This document shows positions 10,167-18,770 of a DNA stretch of 32,000 nt, one piece after another. The position numbers were made by a program, and so were the translations under genes. Position 1 is the first letter of the stretch. Each line of letters opens with the position of its first letter. Origin of the DNA: Candidatus Heimdallarchaeota archaeon B3_Heim (GTDB lineage: Archaea; Asgardarchaeota; Heimdallarchaeia; Hodarchaeales; Hodarchaeaceae); NCBI GenBank assembly GCA_003144275.1, contig NJBF01000001.1:120001-152000 (forward strand), given 5' to 3'. Below the pieces are notes generated by a model that was given only the letters and a program-made list of their open reading frames with translations, made no database searches and had not been told where the DNA came from.

Positions 10167-10349
10167 TTTTTTTCACCTAATATTTTTCGGTCAAAATATT
10201 ATAAAATACACTCGAAAAATAATAACCCTTTCCTAATAGTTAAAGTTAAACAAATCGAGTGCTTGATCTAATCATAATACACTAATTAATGTTTATAAGA
10301 ATGTTCGAATCGATATTCCGCAAAACTCCTAATCACTTGATTTTCCTAA

Positions 10350-12026
10350 TTAAGTTCGAGAACTTCTCATTCTTACCCGAAATACTACAAGTATTGCGAG
10401 AGAAAATACACCTGGAAAGAGTGAAAAATATGAGATTTTAGATAAACCAAGATCTAAGTTATTAGATTTTAGTATCGCTTTTGAAAGTGATTTTATTTTA
10501 GTTGGATAACCCATCCACGATTCTATTTGAAAATCTTGTACATATTCTGCTGATGTGAGATACAGATTAGCTGTTTTAAGTAGTTGTTCCGTACTAAGAG
10601 ATGTTGTGGACATATTTGCAACGAAACGTCTAACGCTTTCAGCCACAAATGGGTTCAAAAGAGAAGATTCCTCTAAGAACAGGATATTACCACTTAAACT
10701 AGGATGTTGAGTTAATGCAACTAGTTTGATATTTATAGAAGTCAATGACCATTTCTGAGTTTGAAGATCTCGCTGGAGTGCATAATCATGTCCTTTTATA
10801 TGATTTATGAATAAGAGATCTTCATTTTGTGTAATTGTAATATTATCTTTAGCTGTGATATCAGATTGTATTAGCTCCTCTCTTGATGTGTTACATCCAT
10901 CAATTTTGATCGAGGAACTCTTCTTTGATTCGAAACCTTCCAATACACCAAGATTGTGGGATACAAGAAGTGAAAGAGAGGCATGGTTAAATAAAGTCAT
11001 TCTACTGTAAATATCATTTCCTTTATACCATGAAATCGTATCATTAACACGAATTAACCCAGGATATTCTTTTTCGATGTGTTTTTCAGTAGTTTCATTC
11101 CAAGTCAATCCTGAAGGCAATTCTTCATTTATAATCAAGTTTTGGATAGCTCCAACATTCATTTCTACTTGTGTTTCCACTCCTGAATTAGTAGATGTCG
11201 AATATTTCATTATTCTCGTAGTAAAGCTTATTGATTCAAATTCTATTAAAACAAATTTATCTGATATACTAAAACTACTTATCTGTTCGATATTAACCCC
11301 ATTTGTTTGAAAGAGATATGTTATATTCGAATATGTTGTAGTAATTGTCAATTCATTGTTGTTTTCTTGTATCTCAACCTCCATTGGAATAATACTAGAA
11401 AATGTAGGGATGTCAATAGTCGTTGTATGACCATCTATTGAATTTTGAACCATTTGACTAGAGTTCAATGAATCTAACAAAAATTCTAGGATTTTTAGAG
11501 GTATATTCGCATATCCTACTAAATACTGGTCATAAATAAAGTTCTGTCCATCTAACTTTAGAGCTAGTCCCAATAAGTCTTGAGTGAGAATCACACTCTC
11601 GCCTGAAGGTAAACTAAACACTGACAAATATTTGAAATATGGAAGGGATGCTTGCCATTCTACCTCAAAGGGGGTAATAGATTCAGTTCTCTTGATACTT
11701 TCCACAGCTATGAAAGCAGATTTTATTTCGTGAGAATCATGGCCGATCATTGTAATATTATTGTCTATTTCAGGATCGAGATCATTCTGAATTGGAAATT
11801 CTTCTCCTGTAATTAAATCACTTAGCAATTGTAAAGATTCAGCAGATGGAGTATTACTGTTATAATCGAATTTAATTCCGAATAACGAATTTTGATAGAA
11901 GGGATCTAGTTGCTCAAATTGAAAGTCAAGACTTTTACCAATAACTCCCACATTGAAAGATGAGATGATTATGAACAAAAAAATAGTAGGAATGCAGAAT
12001 CGAATGATAGAGCTTCTGTAACCCAT
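10350..12026 (-). CDS. Second secreted, C-terminally anchored surface glycoprotein; probable divergent paralog of 8478..10166
   Basis: Signal peptide, many sequons, C-terminal FPGVFSLAILVVF + RVRMRSSR. Collinear blocks of similarity to the neighbouring gene (see findings). Its ATG abuts the stop of the upstream gene (TAAATG). Confidence 0.65.
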   Translation of the reverse strand: MGYRSSIIRFCIPTIFLFIIISSFNVGVIGKSLDFQFEQLDPFYQNSLFGIKFDYNSNTPSAESLQLLSDLITGEEFPIQNDLDPEIDNNITMIGHDSHEIKSAFIAVESIKRTESITPFEVEWQASLPYFKYLSVFSLPSGESVILTQDLLGLALKLDGQNFIYDQYLVGYANIPLKILEFLLDSLNSSQMVQNSIDGHTTTIDIPTFSSIIPMEVEIQENNNELTITTTYSNITYLFQTNGVNIEQISSFSISDKFVLIEFESISFTTRIMKYSTSTNSGVETQVEMNVGAIQNLIINEELPSGLTWNETTEKHIEKEYPGLIRVNDTISWYKGNDIYSRMTLFNHASLSLLVSHNLGVLEGFESKKSSSIKIDGCNTSREELIQSDITAKDNITITQNEDLLFINHIKGHDYALQRDLQTQKWSLTSINIKLVALTQHPSLSGNILFLEESSLLNPFVAESVRRFVANMSTTSLSTEQLLKTANLYLTSAEYVQDFQIESWMGYPTKIKSLSKAILKSNNLDLGLSKISYFSLFPGVFSLAILVVFRVRMRSSRT

Positions 12027-13523
12027 TTAGTTCGCCTCCAGTACCTTATCCAAAGATTCTACTCGATTCGGATTTATAATGTAAGAAGAACGTTTCTTTT
12101 CTTTAATTATCATAATTATTCCTAAATCAGAAAGCCTTTTGATATGATGTTGAACACTCGAATGATGCACATTTATTTTAGAGGATATTTTTGACAAAGA
12201 AAGTGGCTTACTGTTTCGTAATAATACTTTACAAAGCTCTTTAGCCACTTCACTTTTTAAAGCTAAGGCTATTTCTGATATTTGCACCGACTCTTCCCCT
12301 GTTAAATAGAAAATATGATATTTTCCAATTTTATGATGTGTTACTAGATTAAAGTCATCTAACGCTTGTAAATGCCATAAGAGAGATGAAATTCCACATC
12401 CAAGAGTACGCTGTATTTCTCTTAAATGGGCTCCTTGTTCTCCCTTCTCTTCTAAATATCCAACTATTTGCATCCGCATTTCATTATCCAATAAATCATC
12501 TTCATTTAATCTTCTTTTCTGAGGAGAATAGGCGATATGTGCAATAAAGAAGAAAATTCCTATTGTTGCTCCTGTGATCAACTCACGAATTCTTGAAAGG
12601 ATACCAAATTTTATCAACCCAATGAACGAGAGAACGAGTCCAATAGAGATAATCCCAACTGTAGCTAACTGCTCAAATCCTGTAAACTGAAACATTCCTG
12701 GGGGATTTGACAATGTTTCTGTGGTTAAGAGAGCAATATCTCCTAAGACATCTATTAAATCATCAGCAACAGGATAATTTATTCCCATTAATCTAAAATC
12801 ATTTGTATCTTGAGAAAGTGCGACACTAGGACAAAAACTACCTACAATCACTTTGTTTCGAACTAACCATAGACCCGATTTAAATTTTGAAAGATAAGAC
12901 TCATTTTCAGGATGGTCTATTTCAGCTAGTAATACTGTTTTTTCGTGTAAACCAACCCAAGAAGAAGTCCCAGTGAAATTATATGCTAATTGATCGAGTC
13001 CTAGGGAAGGAAGCGTTTCATTAATAATATGAATATTGTGAACTTGAGAGTTTTGATTTATCGGATAGACTTCAGGCCAATAGCTTGTTATACCCAAATT
13101 CTGTAATTCGGTGCTAGGCGTTCTGTCAAAGAACTTGTTTAAGACGAATAATCCCTTTCCACTTTGAATCCAAGTAACTAAGTCACCTAAAAAACCGAAA
13201 TCAATAGGTAATTGTAGTTCATTGATCCACCAAATAGCCCTTACACTTTGATTGTCAAAATTAAATGAGGAATTTGACAACACAGCAGTTATGTTATAGA
13301 AATCCACATTGATCTCTGCATTCAAGACTAGTTCATTGCTAAGTCGTTTATCGTTATCTGAGCCATAAAAGATTGTAATTTTAGGGAGTTCTGCATCGGT
13401 TGTCATAGAAATATGAGCTAAGGATGCTTGAAATGTCAAGGGGGAAACCACTACAAAGAATAAGAAGGTAAGCATTAGAAATTGAACTTTGCTAGAAAAT
13501 CGTCTCACCATTCTTGAAAGCAC
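12027..13523 (-). CDS. Membrane-spanning transcriptional regulator: extracellular domain, TM helices and two cytoplasmic winged-HTH domains (COG3398-like)
   Basis: Signal peptide, sequon-rich middle (NIT, NSS, NQS, NET, NFT, NES), two hydrophobic helices, then LLDNEMRMQIVGYL..GAHLREIQRTLGCGISSLLWHLQAL and LSLSKISSKINVHHSSVQHHIKRLSDLGII. Start may be the ATG at 13511. Confidence 0.75.
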   Translation of the reverse strand: MLSRMVRRFSSKVQFLMLTFLFFVVVSPLTFQASLAHISMTTDAELPKITIFYGSDNDKRLSNELVLNAEINVDFYNITAVLSNSSFNFDNQSVRAIWWINELQLPIDFGFLGDLVTWIQSGKGLFVLNKFFDRTPSTELQNLGITSYWPEVYPINQNSQVHNIHIINETLPSLGLDQLAYNFTGTSSWVGLHEKTVLLAEIDHPENESYLSKFKSGLWLVRNKVIVGSFCPSVALSQDTNDFRLMGINYPVADDLIDVLGDIALLTTETLSNPPGMFQFTGFEQLATVGIISIGLVLSFIGLIKFGILSRIRELITGATIGIFFFIAHIAYSPQKRRLNEDDLLDNEMRMQIVGYLEEKGEQGAHLREIQRTLGCGISSLLWHLQALDDFNLVTHHKIGKYHIFYLTGEESVQISEIALALKSEVAKELCKVLLRNSKPLSLSKISSKINVHHSSVQHHIKRLSDLGIIMIIKEKKRSSYIINPNRVESLDKVLEAN

Positions 13524-13751
13524 CTTTAGACCAATTTAGTTTAATTATGATAATAAGTTATCCGAATCAATATTCCGCATCTAGAATCTGGGAGACAAAT
13601 TTTCATTTCTTTCGGATATAGTATCCAACTCGATTTATTAAGCTCTGACAATGTGAAATGAAATGCTTAAATAATATACCAGAAATATTATTTACGCTAA
13701 TTCCATCTTTTTGGAAAGAGAATCAAAATAACTCACGGAGATAATATAAAA

Positions 13752-14225
13752 ATGAAATTAATAAAATTATATCGAAGACGAAGAGCTGTAAGCCCAATTT
13801 TAGCAGCTATTCTTTTAATCGGACTCGCTGTCGCTGCAGGTGCTGTATTGTTCGTAGTCGTATTACCTATGATAACATCATCTGGAGAACTGAATTTTGG
13901 AGAAACAACTTTATCAGATATCGACGCTGATGGTTTCAATGATAAGCTAGTGTTTACTTTAACGAATAAACTATCAGATACAGTAGCTATATCTAACGTT
14001 GTTCTACAAGGTAGAACTGGAGCAGGAACATGGACTACTTTTACAACTGAAGATAATACAACAACTAATTTTCCGTTTAATATAGCTACAAGCCAATCAA
14101 AAATTGGGATAATATTTACTTTTGATCCAGGAACCTATGATGAAATACGAATTAAAGTTGATTATTCAATTGATGGTGTAGCCGAAGATCCCCTATATAG
14201 TGCTGCGTATGATGTGGCAGTTTAA
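13752..14225 (+). CDS. Archaeal type IV pilin-like protein (class III signal peptide)
   Basis: RRRRA|VSPILAAILLIGLAVAAGAVLFVVV is a prepilin peptidase (PibD/FlaK) cleavage motif followed by the hydrophobic helix, then a beta-rich globular domain. Confidence 0.9.
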   Translation: MKLIKLYRRRRAVSPILAAILLIGLAVAAGAVLFVVVLPMITSSGELNFGETTLSDIDADGFNDKLVFTLTNKLSDTVAISNVVLQGRTGAGTWTTFTTEDNTTTNFPFNIATSQSKIGIIFTFDPGTYDEIRIKVDYSIDGVAEDPLYSAAYDVAV

Positions 14226-14245
14226 TTTATAGAAAATCCGATCAA

Positions 14246-14267
14246 TTTTCTTCCTTTTTTCTTTTTT
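14246..14267 (+). terminator. Oligo-T terminator after the pilin gene
   Basis: ttttcttccttttttctttttt about 20 nt after the stop at 14225. Confidence 0.45.
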
Positions 14268-14324
14268 CACAATTATTATGAGATAAATACCATTTTTTCC
14301 CTTGTATAAAGACACAGGTCACAT

Positions 14325-14816
14325 TCAACCCAGTCTTAATGTCTCAGATCTGCTTCTTACGAATTTATTAACAGCCATTTTCCCATCAGTCAAGACTTGA
14401 CGTATATTAATTGCAAAATCATCCCAATAAGCAATTAATCTCTCTCTTTGATCCTTAGTTTTTACCATTTCTGTTATAAGAAAAAAGGATATTTGATAAC
14501 CTTCTTCTGGACTTCTAATTACTTTAACATGAGGACCAGGATTTCGCCATAATTCATTCCGGATACGGTCAAAAATGAACTCTTCTACAGGATCATTAAA
14601 TGTTAATTTAAGTGATATAATTGCAGAATTCCCTTGTTTTATCATTATCCCATTCTTAAACTCAACGGTCTCTCGTTTTACGTTCTCACAGCATGGGTGA
14701 TCTGGATCAAGAATGCAGTTCGGTTCCATACCCGACGTACAAGGGACTGGATATAGTTGTATTTGTGATTCGTCTAATGTCAATGTAAACTCACCAAATA
14801 TGACAAATTTCATCAT
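14325..14816 (-). CDS. arpC4: Arp2/3 complex subunit 4 (ARPC4/p20-Arc)-like protein
   Basis: Alignment from memory to human ARPC4: NSAIISL~NSVRVSI, NDPVEEFI~ADEIEKIL, RSPEEGYQISFFL~RKPVEGYDISFLI, RLIAY~KLVDF, LTDGKMAVNKFVR~ISEMKLSVNARAR. Length (163 aa) is similar and the blocks are collinear. Confidence 0.75.
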   Translation of the reverse strand: MMKFVIFGEFTLTLDESQIQLYPVPCTSGMEPNCILDPDHPCCENVKRETVEFKNGIMIKQGNSAIISLKLTFNDPVEEFIFDRIRNELWRNPGPHVKVIRSPEEGYQISFFLITEMVKTKDQRERLIAYWDDFAINIRQVLTDGKMAVNKFVRSRSETLRLG

Positions 14817-14930
14817 TAGGAGAATAGAAGTGTCATTAGGAGGTGCCAGATTTTAAGTTAATAAAATTGAGGAGGGAACCTAAGAGTACCCCTTATGGAA
14901 AAGGATGTTTTATTTCCCCCGAATAAAAAA

Positions 14931-15350
14931 TTAAAAGTCTCGAGTTTTCAAGAGCTTCATTTTAGTGGAGCTAACCAAATAATGCATTAAACCTAACTTT
15001 ACATTTGAATCTGTAATTAACACTAGAATCGTACTTTGTACTTTTGAAATTATTCCTAAACCAATGGGAGTTTGGACATGAACAAAATCAATCTGATCCC
15101 CCAAATTTAATTGAATACACGCACTTGAGAATGTACTAACAATTCCTGCTACCATTGCTGATACAACTGTCTCTACTTCATCTGATATAGGCAGTGTTCT
15201 CGCAGATAATATGGGAAACCCTTCCTCACTTACTAACAGAACTTTTTTTACACCTTTTACCGTTCCAAGACCATCAATGATTTTTTGAACTTTGTCCATT
15301 GAATTATATCCGTTATTATCTCCTAATGTCATATTTTCAAAAGTGGCCAT
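14931..15350 (-). CDS. Roadblock/LC7 (MglB/LAMTOR-like) domain protein
   Basis: VKGVKKVLLVSEEGFPI..VSAMVAGIV..LVLITDSNVKLGLM is a typical Roadblock pattern; AGGTGA SD lies upstream of the ATG. Confidence 0.85.
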   Translation of the reverse strand: MATFENMTLGDNNGYNSMDKVQKIIDGLGTVKGVKKVLLVSEEGFPILSARTLPISDEVETVVSAMVAGIVSTFSSACIQLNLGDQIDFVHVQTPIGLGIISKVQSTILVLITDSNVKLGLMHYLVSSTKMKLLKTRDF

Positions 15351-15720
15351 GATATCACCTTTTAGATGCTCTACAATGTTATCATATTTTTTACTTATAA
15401 TAACCCAAAATCAAAATATTAGATCATCACAATTGATTGATCTGATCTAATCATGCTAGATGGTTTTATATATCAATAAAAGTATTAATAGCAAATATAT
15501 TCGAAACGTCGTATAGATTAAGCAATATTTTGTAATTATCAGGCATAAGATTAACAAATCCTTAGTTGGTACTATTTCTTAACAATTAATAAGAAATAAA
15601 GATGAATGAACCTATTGTTCAGAGAATTAATCCTTAAATTTATGAGCAATACTCAAGTCCAAAGAGAAGCTTTTATTATCGCATTCTTATCCGAGGCAAA
15701 TAGGCAAAGAGGTTAATGGA

Positions 15721-15903
15721 ATGAGTGAAAACATAAAAATGCAACGTTGTAATCCTTGTCAAGTTGCAGTTATGCCAAGTGAACATGGAACAGCTCGTTT
15801 TCCCTGCCCATCATGCGGAATGATACCAATCATTCGATGTGAGCGATGTCGAAAACTTGGAAATCGCTATATTTGTCCTAATTGTGGTTTTTCTGGACCC
15901 TAA
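15721..15903 (+). CDS. Zn-ribbon RNA-binding protein (DUF1610/HVO_2753-like, COG2888)
   Basis: FPCPSCG..IIRCERCRKLGNRYICPNCGFSGP; usual position upstream of aEF-1beta. Confidence 0.9.
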   Translation: MSENIKMQRCNPCQVAVMPSEHGTARFPCPSCGMIPIIRCERCRKLGNRYICPNCGFSGP

Positions 15904-15967
15904 TTCTGTATTAATCAACAAACTGATATTTCGTGATTTAATGATTCAATTGTTAAGATGATCTGCC

Positions 15968-16255
15968 ATGTCAAATGTACTAAGTATCTTAAAGGTAATC
16001 CCTACTTCTCCAGAAGCAAATCGTGAGGAACTGTTAGCTAAAGCGAAAGGTGAACTATCTGAAGGACTAGAGATAGAAATTCTAAAATATGAAGAAGAAC
16101 CTCTATTTTTTGGATTAGTAGCGATGAAACTTTTTGTAAAGACTGTTGATTCAGATGAAGGCAGTGAAGTTCTTCAGACGTTTGAGCAAAGGCTTATCGA
16201 TGTAGAAGAAATTGATAATTGCGAAGTAGAACTTCAGACAATAATTGATTATTAA
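15968..16255 (+). CDS. ef1b: Archaeal elongation factor 1-beta
   Basis: VLSILKVIPTSPE..EEEPLFFGLVAMKL..EEIDNCEV; size and synteny fit. Confidence 0.9.
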   Translation: MSNVLSILKVIPTSPEANREELLAKAKGELSEGLEIEILKYEEEPLFFGLVAMKLFVKTVDSDEGSEVLQTFEQRLIDVEEIDNCEVELQTIIDY

Positions 16256-16434
16256 ATAGGCATTTTCTTTTTCATCTCCGTCTTGGAGGATTGATTGGGG
16301 GAAGATTTCGTTGAAAAAAATTATTCTACTCGTTGTATTTTTGAATCTTCAAAAGAAAACTAATATTAAATATAACAATTTTGAATAAGATTAGCATAAG
16401 AATTCACAAGAAATCTGTGAGTTGGCGGATTAAC

Positions 16435-18621
16435 TTGGCAAACGAAGTAGTACTGAAAGTAGCTGAAGCCAGACAAAGGGACGTAGGCCGTGGAAAGATT
16501 CGAATGGATGATATCAACATGAGAGAGATTGGAATAACTACTGGCGATGTTGTTGAAATCCGAGGCCGCCAAAAAACAGGTGCTATAGCTTGGCCTGCTT
16601 ACATTGAAGATCAAGGAGCTGGTATTGTACGCATGGACGGGATCATTCGAAGAAACGCCAAAGTATCTCTAGAAGAAAACGTCCGTATACGTAAAGCCCA
16701 AATCAAAGTTGCTAAAACAGTCAATATTGCACCAACTCGTCAAATATCTTTAGATTATGGATTTGAAGCCTTTGTAAAAAGAAAACTACTAGGCTATCCT
16801 GTTTCTAAAAATGACACAGTACTTATTCCAATATTAGGTCGATCTATTCCATTCGTCGTTAATTCTACGACTCCTGCAGAGATTGTACTTATTACTGATA
16901 CAACCAAGCTCAATGTTTCAGAAAAACCGATTTCTGAAACAGAAACCAGTATGCCAGGAGTAAGCTATGAGGATATCGGAGGATTATCTGATGCAATTCA
17001 AAAAATTCGAGAAATGGTGGAGCTTCCTCTAAACCACCCAGAACTCTTCAAGAAATTAGGAATTGATCCTCCCAAAGGAGTATTACTACATGGTCCTCCT
17101 GGAACAGGAAAAACCCTTATTGCAAAGGCAGTTGCTAATGAATCTGAAGCGCATTTTATTCCCATACAAGGCCCAGAAATTATGTCCAAATTTTATGGGG
17201 AAAGTGAAGCCCGCTTACGAGATATCTTCAAAGAGGCGGAAGACAATGCACCCAGCATCATTTTTATTGATGAAATTGATGCTATCGCTCCCAAAAGAGA
17301 AGATGTGACGGGAGAAGTTGAAAGAAGGGTTGTTGCCCAGATTCTTGCATTAATGGATGGCCTAGAAAGTCGAGGAGAGACCATTGTGATTGGAGCCACA
17401 AACCGCCCTAATGCTGTTGATCCTGCATTACGAAGACCAGGGAGATTTGATAGAGAAATTGAAATTGGTGTACCTGATCAAAATGAAAGACTGGAGATAC
17501 TTCAAATTCATACAAGACGAATGCCAGGTATTGAAAAAGTTGACATCAAGAAGTTAGCCGTTATTACACACGGATTTGTAGGCGCAGATCTCGCAGCCCT
17601 AGGCAGAGAAGCTGCAATGAGGAAATTACGCGAAATTCTTCCTGATATAAATTTAAGCGATGATACAATCCCACCAGCAGTACTTGACAACTTGGAAGTT
17701 GAAGACCGTCATTTTGGAGATGCTTTAAAAGAAATTCATCCCTCTGCTATACGTGAAGTATTCATAGAAGTTCCCAATGTACGATGGACGAACATTGGAG
17801 GTATGGACCAAGTAAAACAGGAACTTATCGAAATCGTAGAATGGCCATTCAAACAGAAAAAGAATTTTGAACGAATTGGCATCCATCCACCTCGAGCGGT
17901 CTTGTTATTCGGTGCTCCTGGCACAGGTAAAACTCTGTTGGCCAAAGCAATTGCCACGGAAAGTCAGGTAAATTTTATTAGTGTTAAAGGTCCCGAATTG
18001 ATTTCTAAATGGGTAGGGGAAAGTGAAAAGGCAATCAGAGAAATATTTAGAAAAGCTCGCACTGCAGCTCCAGCTCTGATATTTTTTGATGAAATTGATG
18101 CAGTAGCGGCAAAACGTGGATCATCTGGCTCCTCTGGCGCCAATGAACGCGTAATAAGTCAACTCTTGACAGAACTTGCTGGTATTGAACCTTTGCGTGA
18201 TGTCTCTGTTTTAGCTGCAACAAACCGTCCTGATATGATTGATCCCGCTCTTCTCAGACCAGGACGCTTTGATAGGGTCGTATATATACCACCTCCCGAA
18301 GAAGATAGCCGGAAAAAGATCTTAGAAATACATACCCGAGATATGCCATTAGGAAAAGATGTGAATTTAGATCGATTAGCTAAAGAAACGGAATTTTATG
18401 TAGGAGCAGATCTCGAAGCCATTTGTAGAGAAGCGGGAATGCTCGCATTACGAGAGAACTTAATGGCTGAAATAGTGTTATGGCGGCATTTTGAACAGGC
18501 GTTATCGAGTGTCCACTCCTCTTGTACACCAGACATGATGAAATGGTATAAAGATCAAGAATCGCAATTCAGACGACGAGTAGGAATGGATGCACCTCAA
18601 ACGATTCCACTCTTCGGATAA
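16435..18621 (+). CDS. cdc48: CDC48/VCP/p97-family AAA+ ATPase
   Basis: N-domain [15 protein letters not shown]1 Walker [10 protein letters not shown]2 [40 protein letters not shown]. Start placed at TTG 16435 (MANEVVLKV) rather than the track's 16381. Confidence 0.97.
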   Translation: MANEVVLKVAEARQRDVGRGKIRMDDINMREIGITTGDVVEIRGRQKTGAIAWPAYIEDQGAGIVRMDGIIRRNAKVSLEENVRIRKAQIKVAKTVNIAPTRQISLDYGFEAFVKRKLLGYPVSKNDTVLIPILGRSIPFVVNSTTPAEIVLITDTTKLNVSEKPISETETSMPGVSYEDIGGLSDAIQKIREMVELPLNHPELFKKLGIDPPKGVLLHGPPGTGKTLIAKAVANESEAHFIPIQGPEIMSKFYGESEARLRDIFKEAEDNAPSIIFIDEIDAIAPKREDVTGEVERRVVAQILALMDGLESRGETIVIGATNRPNAVDPALRRPGRFDREIEIGVPDQNERLEILQIHTRRMPGIEKVDIKKLAVITHGFVGADLAALGREAAMRKLREILPDINLSDDTIPPAVLDNLEVEDRHFGDALKEIHPSAIREVFIEVPNVRWTNIGGMDQVKQELIEIVEWPFKQKKNFERIGIHPPRAVLLFGAPGTGKTLLAKAIATESQVNFISVKGPELISKWVGESEKAIREIFRKARTAAPALIFFDEIDAVAAKRGSSGSSGANERVISQLLTELAGIEPLRDVSVLAATNRPDMIDPALLRPGRFDRVVYIPPPEEDSRKKILEIHTRDMPLGKDVNLDRLAKETEFYVGADLEAICREAGMLALRENLMAEIVLWRHFEQALSSVHSSCTPDMMKWYKDQESQFRRRVGMDAPQTIPLFG

Positions 18622-18770
18622 GAGAAAGGCTAAGTGTTAATTCGAATAGTTAAATAATTGTTTATCATTACTTGAGAAATGGCGTTAACAGCCATAAAGT
18701 TCACAAAATCAATCTAATTTTCGAGATTTATTCCAAAAGGAACGATTAAAACAAGGTATAGTGACATTTA

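Noticed and set aside
3301-11310. Short ORFs overlapping long genes (3301..3504, 3676..3879, 5621..5872, 8643..8909, 10807..11010, 11077..11310)
   Set aside because: Antisense to longer, motif-bearing CDSs and with no independent coding evidence.
14838-14926. Perfect SD AGGAGGTG on the plus strand with a 27-codon GTG ORF
   Set aside because: The GTG is part of the SD itself, so there is no spacing; too short and without motifs.
14931-15350. Possibility that the gene beside the ARPC4-like gene is a profilin
   Set aside because: The LVSEEGFPI and VKLGLM motifs fit Roadblock/MglB better than profilin.
16366-17957. Several short ORFs in and around cdc48 (16366..16614, 16998..17189, 17063..17308, 17193..17399, 17508..17690, 17736..17957)
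   Set aside because: Alternative-frame or antisense shadows of a highly conserved gene.
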